This document shows, in pieces, positions 44,584-54,480 of a stretch of 64,000 nt of DNA (positions are counted from its first letter, which is position 1; each line of letters starts with the position of its first letter). The notes below the pieces were generated by a model. That model ran no database searches. It worked only from the letters and a program-made list of their open reading frames with translations, and was not told the DNA's origin. Source of the stretch: Schizochytrium sp. TIO01 (Eukaryota; Protista; Bigyra: Labyrinthulomycetes). The stretch lies in assembly GCA_004764695.1 (NCBI GenBank), contig SMSO01000035.1:1240001-1304000 (forward strand), in the 5' to 3' direction. Made by a program: the position numbers and the translations under genes.

Positions 44584-46632
44584 CTAATTACTACTTTCGG
44601 AAGCCACAACATCAAGAGCATATTCCATATCAAGCAAGAGGTCAGAAGCAGTTTCAAGACCAATGCTGAGGCGAATGACATCATCCCCAGCACCTGCAGC
44701 GGTGCGCTGCTCATCGCTGAGCTGGCGATGAGTTGTCGACGCAGGGTGCAGAGCAAGAGAGCGAGAATCTCCAAGGTTCGCGACGTGAGAAATAAGATTG
44801 AGGTTTTCAACAAATGTAACACCTGCCTTGAAACCACCCTTGAGGCCAAAGGTGAACACACTGCCAGCACCACCAGGAAGATACCTTTGCGCACGCTCGT
44901 AGTACTTGGAGGACTCGAGGCCCGCATAGGACACCCAGGAAACCTGCGGGTGTGCCTCAAGGTACTTGGCAACAATTTCAGCGTTGTAAACATGGCGCTC
45001 CATCCGCAAAGCGAGAGTTTCGGTACCCAGGAGAGTCAAGAAAGCGTTCATTGGTGCCATGGTAGGACCAAGGTCACGAAGTCCGACAGTATGCGCGTGG
45101 GTGGTAAAGGCAAGGTCACCAAAACTTTCCCAGAAAGTGAGACCGTGGTAACCATTCTCAGGCTGTGTTAGACTCGGGTATTTGTCAGCAGGAACATTAC
45201 TCCAGTTGAAGCTTCCCATATCTACAATGCATCCACCGAGAGAGGTTCCGTTGCCAGAGAGGAACTTTGTGGTACTGTGGGCAACGAAGTCAGCACCATA
45301 CTCGCCAGGTCGGCATAACGCAGGGGTAGCCATGGTGTTGTCGACAGCAAGAGGAACACCGGCCTCGTGAGCAAGCTCCGCAAGCTTCTCAATGTCAGAA
45401 ATGACACCACCAGGATTTGCGAGACTCTCAACCCAAAGAAGCTTACACTTGGGGTGGGCCAGGGCGTTGCGGAGAGCAGCATAATCATCTGTATCAACAT
45501 GGGTACAGTGCCAATCAAACTTCTCGCCCATCTTCTTAAACTGGTTAAAGGAGCCACCATAGAGGTTCTTGGCACCCACAAAGTGGTCCCCAGGCTTCAT
45601 GAGTGTAAACAAAGTGAGGAGCTGTGCAGCGTGGCCGGAGGCAACACAGGTGGCACCGCGTCCTCCTTCAAGGGTACAGATTCTCTCTTCGAGGGCAGCT
45701 ACAGTGGGGTTGCTGAGACGGCCATAGAGGTTACCAAATGACTGAAGGTTGAAGAGACTAGCAGCCTGGTCCACATCTTCAAAGACATAACCCGAGGTTT
45801 GATAGATCGGGAAAGCACGCGCACCAGTTTCAGAGTCTGGCGGGGTTCCAGAGTGTACACAGCGAGTTTCAAGGCCGCTAAATTTTGGTCCCTTTTGAGG
45901 CTTACCGTTAGACTTTCCAACAGGCCTACGTTTGCTAGTGAGCACACCACTGTTGAAGCCGTGCCATCCGAGTTCACCAAAGAGACGAGAGAATTCGATC
46001 TTAGGGCATCGGTCCATGACGACCTGGATTCCATTCTTTTCGCAGATTTCACGTGCCGAATCGTTGCGAACGCCGAGCTGCATCCAAACAGTTTTGATGC
46101 GTTTCTCATCCTTGAGCTTAATGGCCTCCTCTGCAATGCCATAGGCAGCCTCTGACGCGCGGAAAATGTCAACCATATCGATGGGCCCAGGGACCTCGGC
46201 GAGAGATGCATAGCACTTCTCACCAAGAATCTCCTTACCAGCCATGGCAGGGTTAACTGGGATAACACGGAAACCCTTTTTCTGAAGGTACTTCATTGCA
46301 AAAAATGAAGGCCTTTTCCAGTTGCCACTGGCACCGACCATAGCAAGAGTCTTGGTGGATTCCAAGACTGCCGAGATGTATTCATCAGTGTACTCGAGCG
46401 GTGCCAACGAAGCCTCAGTTGAGCCCGATGTTTTCTTATCTCCGCTTGAGCTGCTGAATCCGCGAGCAGCAAACACAGCGCAAGCTTTGCTACCATTCGC
46501 AGCAGCAACTTCGTGCTGTACAATCTTGAGAACTCCTGGACCAGCAGTCTTGGGCACCAGCCGCTTGCCTTGCGCCAGCAGCGTGGCTTGAGCTCGCCTG
46601 GAGCCTGCTCGAGCGGCCTTTTGCAGCATCAT
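44584..46632 (-). CDS. metY: Fusion of a CoA-binding (YccU-like) domain and O-acetylhomoserine sulfhydrylase (MetY/Met17), with probable mitochondrial presequence, about 682 aa
   Basis: CoA-binding: LAMVGAS...RPS, VIPVNP, DMVDIFR, VWMQLG, MDRCPKIE. MetY: PIYQT, YGRLSNPT, LYGGS, VDNT, PLP-Lys HSTTKFLSGNG, LRDLG, HVANLGDSRSLALHPASTTHRQL, IRLSIGLE. The N-terminus from ATG 46632 is Arg/Ala-rich and nearly free of acidic residues, ending in ARGFSSS. Confidence 0.92.
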   Translation of the reverse strand: MMLQKAARAGSRRAQATLLAQGKRLVPKTAGPGVLKIVQHEVAAANGSKACAVFAARGFSSSSGDKKTSGSTEASLAPLEYTDEYISAVLESTKTLAMVGASGNWKRPSFFAMKYLQKKGFRVIPVNPAMAGKEILGEKCYASLAEVPGPIDMVDIFRASEAAYGIAEEAIKLKDEKRIKTVWMQLGVRNDSAREICEKNGIQVVMDRCPKIEFSRLFGELGWHGFNSGVLTSKRRPVGKSNGKPQKGPKFSGLETRCVHSGTPPDSETGARAFPIYQTSGYVFEDVDQAASLFNLQSFGNLYGRLSNPTVAALEERICTLEGGRGATCVASGHAAQLLTLFTLMKPGDHFVGAKNLYGGSFNQFKKMGEKFDWHCTHVDTDDYAALRNALAHPKCKLLWVESLANPGGVISDIEKLAELAHEAGVPLAVDNTMATPALCRPGEYGADFVAHSTTKFLSGNGTSLGGCIVDMGSFNWSNVPADKYPSLTQPENGYHGLTFWESFGDLAFTTHAHTVGLRDLGPTMAPMNAFLTLLGTETLALRMERHVYNAEIVAKYLEAHPQVSWVSYAGLESSKYYERAQRYLPGGAGSVFTFGLKGGFKAGVTFVENLNLISHVANLGDSRSLALHPASTTHRQLSDEQRTAAGAGDDVIRLSIGLETASDLLLDMEYALDVVASESSN

Positions 46633-48503
46633 AGTATCAGAATACCTGGAGTCTTCGTCTTTCTCTGCCTTTTGGAGACGGCAGTTTCTTGTGGCAGACC
46701 GATCGAGCAATCGATCAATGAATTGCTTGATTGCTTGATTGATTGATTGATGGATTGCTTTGACACAAATTGATTGATCGTGTTGTTCGGTGTTAGAGAC
46801 CATCTATCTCTGTGCTAACTAGGAAGTGCTACTACAAATAATAACAATAGGTTTCGAAACCTTTCTTGTAGGAAGGCCTCAGGCATACTGATACATACCC
46901 ATTCTATCGATAGACGGGATTGAGGTAAGCAGTGCCTACTATGTCTACATTGCATTGCACACCATGATTGTCTCCATTTGGATTCTGTGGATCGACAGTT
47001 GGTTAGTTAGTTAGCAATCCTCAAGTGAAGCCTCTGAACTTTATGAATCCAAGCAGGCTGAAGCGGCGTGGCCCATGGAGGTGGACTTGCTTTGCTTGAG
47101 CTAGCTGCCTGCCAAGCCAAGATCGAGTTCACGGTCCGGTTTGCAAAGGTCTGAGGACGACGACTTGACTGCAGAGCCTCCAGCGAAAGATCATCTCAAC
47201 AACCGGCGGGTGTCTGCGCAAGCGGCGAAAGATTGGATTGAGAACGCACGCAGTCAACAGAGCGATCTTATCTTGGGAGGAATTGTTGAAGAGCAGGCCC
47301 GAAGGCTTTGTTTGCCCCGCGTAAAACTCCGCGGCCCAGGCCCTTCGCTTCCACTGCACGCGTGTGGTTCGTGATCACCAGTGCTCGTATTTACCATGAT
47401 TAATAGTTGACGACGTTCCGAAGGATGGATGTTTGCAAAACTCCGACTTGAGGGAAAGCAACTGTATCATGAGATTGCTGAGGAAGTGCTTCTACGAAGA
47501 CGGGCACGAAGAAGGAATATCATGAAATGTACTATACAGCATTGGACAGTTTGGTGATCTTGTGATGCTGGCTGTTGTATGTGACTTCGCTCCCTTTGCT
47601 GAGGAGGAGCGTTGTTCGTTCGTTCGGCGAGAATCTGATATCTAGAGTATTCTTGCGAACTTTTGATAATCCCATTCGTGTGGCGTCTGTCCTCAATGGC
47701 TCTTCATCCTCTTCATCATCCCAGAATTGAAGTACAACAAGTCAATATTTGTTTGTACCATTTCTTGCCCAAGCACAAGGATCTTGGAGTTTTGCCAATA
47801 GTTCGCAGCCCAAGTCAGCTCTTTAAAGCAATCTCCATGCTAGACACGCAATTGCAAAGTGCGCATGATCTGCTCCTCTGGTCCTCCGACGAGGGAGATA
47901 GATACAGTACCAATGCTCTACTACACAGGTCTTCAATCAATGAGTGATCGTTGCGTTGTTTTGACTTGAGTTTTTCTACCCCAATTAAAAGATTTTAACT
48001 CAACACTGTAACACCTTTAGTCCTCTTCTAATTGTCATAGTATTCCTACGGGCGCCGCAGCTCAATCCTCCTTAATCTCCTGCCCCTCTCACCTTAAAAG
48101 TTTCCTCAGCTGCTGCTGCATTAGCTCGCAGTTGAACAAGTCACTTATAGGACAGTATAACCTGTTTATGAGAGGCTATAACCCACTTGAGGTACCTATA
48201 ACCTACTTTTCTTCTTGAGGGCTTTCTCTTCGCCACAATTTCACGCTCCTTCTCATTGCATTCGTTCTGCAAGTGGGTTATAGGGATAGGTACTATACAA
48301 GTTTACTGAATGCTATACTATAGATAGTGTATTCTTCACTTATAAAAAAGCTTATAATGCTCTGAGTGACCAGCTTGAATTGGGTGATCGAGTGATTGAT
48401 TGCCGCTTTCTCGTTCTCCATCGATCATCGCAGCATCTGCAAAGACAATCTCCTGCTCGTCCTTTGACCGACCGTCCTCGCATTCTCCTCGAACCCCGTC
48501 ACC

Positions 48504-48920
48504 ATGTCTCTCCTGGCTCTTCGCTCGGGCTTCCGCGCCCCTGCTGCTCGCGGTGTCGTTCAATCGTCTGTTTCTGCGTCCTCATTGAGCGCTGTGCCTG
48601 TCTCCGCCATGCGTACTCTGGAGCAGGTCCGCGGTCTTGCCACCCCGTCCACGAAGAACATGACTGAGGAGGAGAAGCGGAAGATGCGCCGCGACCGCCG
48701 CCGCCGCGCTGACCCTATCTTCAAGCAGCCGATGGCTAAGAACACCATGTTCGTGCTCAGTAATGGCGCCACCTTTCACATGCCATATGTTCACCCGGAG
48801 TCCTTCCCTGTGCTGCGTATGCGTACTGACACTGCCAACACCACTGAGTACCTCTCACCCAAGCAAATTGAGGCTGCCAAGGAGCGTGACGCCTCCAAGG
48901 ATGCTGACAAGTCCAAGTAA
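48504..48920 (+). CDS. Small mitochondrial protein, probably mitoribosomal bL31m (MRPL55/MrpL36-like)
   Basis: Presequence-like N-terminus (MSLLALRSGFR...QVRGLA). FVLSNGATFHMP...LRMRTD resembles the bL31 V..DGST core. Strong C/T/G third-position bias. Confidence 0.55.
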   Translation: MSLLALRSGFRAPAARGVVQSSVSASSLSAVPVSAMRTLEQVRGLATPSTKNMTEEEKRKMRRDRRRRADPIFKQPMAKNTMFVLSNGATFHMPYVHPESFPVLRMRTDTANTTEYLSPKQIEAAKERDASKDADKSK

Positions 48921-50061
48921 ATCTACTGCTTTCATTGCCTTATTCAACTACATTACGTTCGCGCCTTCAATCCTTCAACCAAGCAGCACAAAATGATCAC
49001 TCAGTTCATGGCATTACATCAATAATCGGGGTAGGTATACTCGATGTCATGGCATGTCTTGGATATCATCACCATCAAGTACTGCATGGAAGTTTAGGGA
49101 TGGGATTGCGACGGAATTGAAGTTTCGTCGACATTGAGATCGAGAATGGCGTCGGGATCAATACTGAGATTGAGGAAGACACACGAATTAGCAACGATCA
49201 AACCTTCCATGACAACAACCAAAACCACCACCATCACAAAACATTTGCATCGTCATTATTATCAACAACGACAACAACATCACTGGTGACAACAGTAAGG
49301 AGGCCCGCGCGGAGTCAAGAGCAGCGACAGCAACAACTGAGGCTCAAGATTTTGCCTGCGCTAACTAAATGCACTTGGAGTTTGCGCGCATAGTGCGCCA
49401 ATTCTCCTGAGAGAGTAACTACACGAATTGGGAAAGCATACCACTATCGGCGAGGACGTAGAGGACCCAGATTAGAGGCGCTTTCCATATTAGGACAAAA
49501 AATAATAAGTAAAAATGAAAAAGAAGAAATGCAATCATTACATAAAAGGTCTAGAGCGAGCAAGCGTATTTTACTGTTTACCGCCCACGTTTGCTTGTTT
49601 GCTAGCTTCCTTATCTTATCCACTTGCGCCTTTAACAAAACCCGAATGGTTTGCGCGTATTACGGAAGCCTGACTTCATTCATTGACGTAAGAAATCGAT
49701 AGCATGATGTCTCGCTATTACAGAGAGAGAGAAGGAGAGATGTTATGCGCACTAAAGACTGTTTAAATCTTTATTTCGATCTTTCAAGTACGCAACAATT
49801 ATGCTACCATTGATTTTTTATATCAGCGCAAATTTATAATCACCCTCCGGCGTTCATTGCGTTGATTGTAAGCCGGAGCTCTAGGATCAAGTTGCAGACG
49901 AGGCAGGGACAATCGTGAAGTGAAGAAAGGTAAAGAGACGTGGTGGTCAAGTGATTAGATAAACCCCTTACGCGAGCGCATAAAAACAGATCAAACTAGG
50001 GCACGCAGAAGATATTAGGGACGTAAAGTCCGAATAGAGTTTGAATCATGCACACGTTGAT

Positions 50062-51198
50062 CTAGCAGGCATCTTGCTGCTCATGTATATCCATGTTACG
50101 AGGCTCCTTTGCCACTCGTATTTGAGGCTGAGATGGATCTTGCTGAGCTTGCTGAGATGTATGGAAGAAGTTATAAAAGAAGTTTGAGACGGACTGCACA
50201 ATGACGGACCAGATAGACTTGGGCGGCGCGGCAGGCGTGGCCGTTCCGAGGAACTTTGCATACAAAAATGCATCAAAGCTTTCGCCGTTGATGCGATAAA
50301 AATTGCGAAGCGTGTCTACGCACACAAAGCCGTGACGCTGATAAAACCGAATCGCAGACTCATTATAGGTAATGACATGAAGGTACACCACACCGCAGCT
50401 CTTATCTTCCTCTGCCACGCGCATGGCCTCTTTGAGGAGCTCACTACCAATTCCAGAGCGTCTGCACGATGGATGCGTGGCGACTGTAAGGATGTAGCAT
50501 CCCTGCGAGTATCCTGCTGCTTTTGAAGCCTCTGAGAGCAGTGGTTGCTCACTGTCTTGGTCATCAAGAGGTCTGATTTGTGCAGAAATACCTCCAAGGA
50601 GAACCGTCTCCATGTCGCCTCGATCACCGCGAATGTGAGCGTCCGGAATGACATACTCTGCGCCAGGTTCCACAGATCCCTCTGTTGAATTTTTTGCGTA
50701 TGCAGCATCCAGAAGAGACTTTGGCCGGCGTTTACGAGCGACTCTTGTGATGAGTGGTTTGTTTTGATAGGTACGCTTGCCCAAATCTGTGTAGAAGCGA
50801 TCATTATAGCGGACTGGAAAGCAAACTTCGTGAAGTCTACGCAGAACACCCACGTCACACTCGTCCACCTCACTAAACCACGGCGCTTGGGCGTCTTCCG
50901 AGGAGCTCTCACTCCACGAAGGTCGAGGCCTACGCGTTCTGGACGGCGTCATGGAGTTTCCCAAAGAGCTCTCTCGCGAGCGCTCAGCATCCAACTCTTC
51001 ATTGTAGCTGTCTACCTGAAAGCCTCCATGCCCATGGGCACCAGACTCGTGAGAGTCCACGCAGATCTCCACAGAGTCCGACTCGCAGCTCGAAGCAGAG
51101 CTCGAACGGGAGCCGACACCGCCGAGCATCGCGCGCGAAGGCGGAGAACTACAATGTTGCACCACGAGATTCCGAATTACGTCCGCGGCGACCCCCAT
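50062..51198 (-). CDS. NAA60: N-alpha-acetyltransferase 60 (NatF)-like GNAT
   Basis: LHEVCFPVRY, YILT, acetyl-CoA motif RRSGIG, VYLHVITYN..AIRFY, FYRING..FDAFLY; amphipathic C-terminal helix IWSVIVQSVSNFFYNFF as in membrane-anchored NAA60. Confidence 0.85.
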   Translation of the reverse strand: MGVAADVIRNLVVQHCSSPPSRAMLGGVGSRSSSASSCESDSVEICVDSHESGAHGHGGFQVDSYNEELDAERSRESSLGNSMTPSRTRRPRPSWSESSSEDAQAPWFSEVDECDVGVLRRLHEVCFPVRYNDRFYTDLGKRTYQNKPLITRVARKRRPKSLLDAAYAKNSTEGSVEPGAEYVIPDAHIRGDRGDMETVLLGGISAQIRPLDDQDSEQPLLSEASKAAGYSQGCYILTVATHPSCRRSGIGSELLKEAMRVAEEDKSCGVVYLHVITYNESAIRFYQRHGFVCVDTLRNFYRINGESFDAFLYAKFLGTATPAAPPKSIWSVIVQSVSNFFYNFFHTSQQAQQDPSQPQIRVAKEPRNMDIHEQQDAC

Positions 51199-51498
51199 AG
51201 ATTACGTAGCTCTCATCGCTCAAGTCGATCGAGTCTCTTCTCGAGACAGTCAAAGTGATCACAATTGGGCCTATCCAAAGTCTAAGCAAACAAAGTATTC
51301 AATCGATCGATGAGATCACGAAGAAAGAAAACTTCCTACGCAATAAGGAGGGAATGAGACTTTTTAAAGTAACTTAAGCCTCGAGAAAAGAAACAAAAAA
51401 AATAAAAAATAGTTAAGTAAATTGATGTTGATATGCTGATAGAGTATATGTTTTTGGTTGTACGCACATTAACGGAGCAACCTTTAAAAAAGACGGAT

Positions 51499-51499
<1 letters not shown>

Positions 51500-51538
<39 letters not shown>
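51500..51538. repeat. (CAAT)n microsatellite
   Basis: Direct reading. Confidence 0.9.
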
Positions 51539-51539
<1 letters not shown>

Positions 51540-52421
51540 CAAATAAAGAAACGAACGAACGATTAAAACACATGATGTGGCAGGCCAATGGCACAAAGGT
51601 GAATCGTGCTGTGCAGAGGGGCTGGGATCAACATTCATTGAAGGCAAAGGTCGGAGCAGCCGAGGAGGGGCAATGCGAGGGCCGTTTGACTCGTTTGCCA
51701 TCTTGGAGGTGGTGTTTAGACATTGTTGATTACTATCTTAGATCGATGTTTAGCTGTGAGAACTTGGGAAAGAAGGATCTATCTAATAATAGTGAGGACT
51801 GGAAAGCTCATTTGACGAAGGAATGCCGCCTTGGATGAGAGCACCAGGAGGAGTTCAATGCAGGCCCTCCAAGGACCTCGCGATGAAAGAAAATAATGAC
51901 AGAGCTGCCGGTTTATTGGGCAATGCAGGGTTGCGGTGAGATACCTGGTCAGGCGGCTTTGGTCAGGTCTGCCTGCTCGTAGGTGAAGGGAACTGCTCGC
52001 ACTGCTGACATTTGGAGGTAACGATCTGCTCTCAATCTAGTTATGGAGAGCTGGCAAGCACTGAGATCTTTGGAGGGGCTAGAGTATTGCCTGTGGAGTT
52101 AAGGACGTGGAAAGAGCATTGGGGAGCAAGTAGACACAGAGCAAAGTAAGAATCTTGCTTTGGTAACTACTGCGTGAAGGGTGGAAAAGCAAAGGGGAAA
52201 AGTTAGCTGGGACGCGGGTGTGTCAAATTACCTTCTTGGAGGCTGTTATAGTTAAATGCATTGCAGTATAGCAAGCAATGAAGGAGGGGAACCATCTTAA
52301 TGGGGCGAGTTCACAGATGCGTCTTGCCGAGAATCAAACAATTGGAGTATGTAAAATGGATGATAATGTGAAGTTCAAGTTCAACAAGTACATCAGGTCA
52401 CATAGAATAAAAAAATGTAAA

Positions 52422-54197
52422 CTACACCTCAGAAAAACGACTGCTTTGAGAAAGTCCTGGTGCTGCATGCGTAGCTGCCTGCATGAGAAGATTGTTGCGG
52501 TCTTTCGCACGCGATTCAAGACGTTCGAGCGCTTGCTGGCGAGCCTGCACAAGAAGTTGACGCTCCCCAGCTTCAGCTTCTTCGTCAGTAAGCCTCTGAT
52601 TAAGCTCCCGGCGTTTAATATCCTGCCATACTGATGGACGTTCGTTTACGAGACTGCGAAGCTTTGTTACATAGTTCTCGCTTTCGGCCTTGGCCAAAAT
52701 GCGACGTTCTAGAACAGTACGCAAATGCGAGACCTCCTCGGCAAAAGTTGTTTCGTGTGCATTATCTGCTAAGTCCAAATAGGCATGCCATTGCTTATGA
52801 CCATCAATCGAAGCAAGAAAAGTTGTGTCATATTCATGTGGGTTCTCCGCGAGATCTTGAATGTACCGGATACACTCTTCAAGTTCAGCCTCCATGCTAA
52901 GACGATACTGAGTAAAAGCCTCTTCAATTTCCTCTTCGCGCCGTCTCAGCATGTCCAAGGCCATTTGCTTCTGCATAGCCTCTTTCTCAATCCAGCGCAT
53001 ATAGTACGTACTGGTTTCATGTACAATCTGATCGATATCGCCTTGTACTTTTCGTTGCTTCCATTGTTCTCTGGCGGCCCTTGTGACCTTGAAATTATCA
53101 AACTTTTTAATACTTGGACTTTCAAAGATCACCATTCGATAATTGCGTTCGAGCATGATTGGATTGTTGAGTAGCTTCAATTCGTCTAATTGAGAAAGGC
53201 ATAAAATTATATCCCGTACCTCAAGAAGGTCATCTAGTTTATTTTCACTCAAATCCAGCTTTTTCAAGCTGGGCACGTGGGCGAGCTCGATAATATCCTC
53301 TAAGTGGTTGCTTGCCAAACTTAGCACCTCCAGACGAGCTAACTTAGCAAGCCCTCGAAGAACAGTTAAGGAGTTCCCACGCAAGTTAAGGGTCTGTAAA
53401 TTCTCCCAGGCGGGAAATTCGGGCAATACAGAAAGATTGTTGTTGCTCAGATCCAACTCACGTAAGTTCACGCAACCTTTCGCAAAGTCAGGTGAAAGGT
53501 GGTCAATGCCATTCCGTGTAAGCCGCAATATTGTGAGCGATTGGAAATTGGAAAGAGTGCCTGGATTTTTGATTTGATTGATAGAAAGGTCTAAACTACG
53601 AAGGTGCGATCCACAGGCGTCCATGGCTTGGGGAATCTCATGAAAGTAGTTAAGTGAAGCATCGATATGAAGATACTCGAAGGAGTGGACGTCAAATTGA
53701 AGCACACTACAATCTCGAAGGCGGCACATGTGCAAGTCAACCTGTACTCTTTCTCGGTTCGAGTTGTCATTCATTTTTTCGCGCTCCTCTTCAGAAATGT
53801 ACCATGAGCGTAGTAGTCGAGCATGCGTGGCATTTGCAAGTTCTACAACTCTACTGCGAGCCCTAACTACATTTTGGCCTACCTCTCTCTCTTTGCTGTT
53901 GCTCCTCAACATCATTTCAGCTCCTTTGATAAGCGCGTTTCGAGGCCTTCGCATGCTCCTTGTCTTCGCAGATCCTTCGCCATCCAAGTTATCAGCAGTA
54001 GAATCGTAACCATCGTGCCCCTCGTTAGACTGTTGCAAGTCTTTGTCTGTCTGCTGACGGGCCAGGGGCCTGATCTTCTCTTGCTCTAATCTCGAGCTCA
54101 GCGTCTCCAAGGAGTCCTGCGCACTTCGTGGCGACTGGCGCCCCGTCAGCGTGCTAGAGTTCTCCTCATCATGTTCACTGAGCACAGGTAGCGTCAT
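52422..54197 (-). CDS. Leucine-rich repeat protein (SDS22-like repeats with LRR cap) and coiled-coil C-terminus, 591 aa
   Basis: About 8 LxxLxLxxNxL repeats (LRSLDLSINQI, LRELDLSNNNL, LQTLNLRGNSL, LEVLSLASNHL, LKKLDLSENKL) and an NPI....NYR cap. Confidence 0.88.
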   Translation of the reverse strand: MTLPVLSEHDEENSSTLTGRQSPRSAQDSLETLSSRLEQEKIRPLARQQTDKDLQQSNEGHDGYDSTADNLDGEGSAKTRSMRRPRNALIKGAEMMLRSNSKEREVGQNVVRARSRVVELANATHARLLRSWYISEEEREKMNDNSNRERVQVDLHMCRLRDCSVLQFDVHSFEYLHIDASLNYFHEIPQAMDACGSHLRSLDLSINQIKNPGTLSNFQSLTILRLTRNGIDHLSPDFAKGCVNLRELDLSNNNLSVLPEFPAWENLQTLNLRGNSLTVLRGLAKLARLEVLSLASNHLEDIIELAHVPSLKKLDLSENKLDDLLEVRDIILCLSQLDELKLLNNPIMLERNYRMVIFESPSIKKFDNFKVTRAAREQWKQRKVQGDIDQIVHETSTYYMRWIEKEAMQKQMALDMLRRREEEIEEAFTQYRLSMEAELEECIRYIQDLAENPHEYDTTFLASIDGHKQWHAYLDLADNAHETTFAEEVSHLRTVLERRILAKAESENYVTKLRSLVNERPSVWQDIKRRELNQRLTDEEAEAGERQLLVQARQQALERLESRAKDRNNLLMQAATHAAPGLSQSSRFSEV

Positions 54198-54465
54198 GAT
54201 GGCGGGCGCTCCGATTGAGACTCACACAATGTCGGCGCATCCCAATAATCGTCTTCATAGTTGATTGCCTGAAACTCCTTCAAGAACTGAACGGCCATTT
54301 TTTAAACAAATAATTTTAAATATTTTAGTTATAATAAACCACAATAAGGCTATTTCTATTATTTGTTTAGTTTAATTTTTAATTATAAAAATCATTGATG
54401 AAGAATAAAATAAATAAATAGCTCGACTAGTTCGTTCGAAACTTGTTATACAGATTCCAGAAAAA

Positions 54466-54480
54466 GGGGGGGGGGGGGGG
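54466..54480 (+). repeat. G15 homopolymer
   Basis: Direct reading; lies within AT-rich DNA upstream of the LRR gene. Confidence 0.85.

Noticed and set aside
44358-46591. Long antisense and alternative-frame ORFs over the MetY fusion (e.g. 44575-45171, 45699-46268)
   Set aside because: Shadow ORFs expected from the codon bias of the real gene; no independent motifs.
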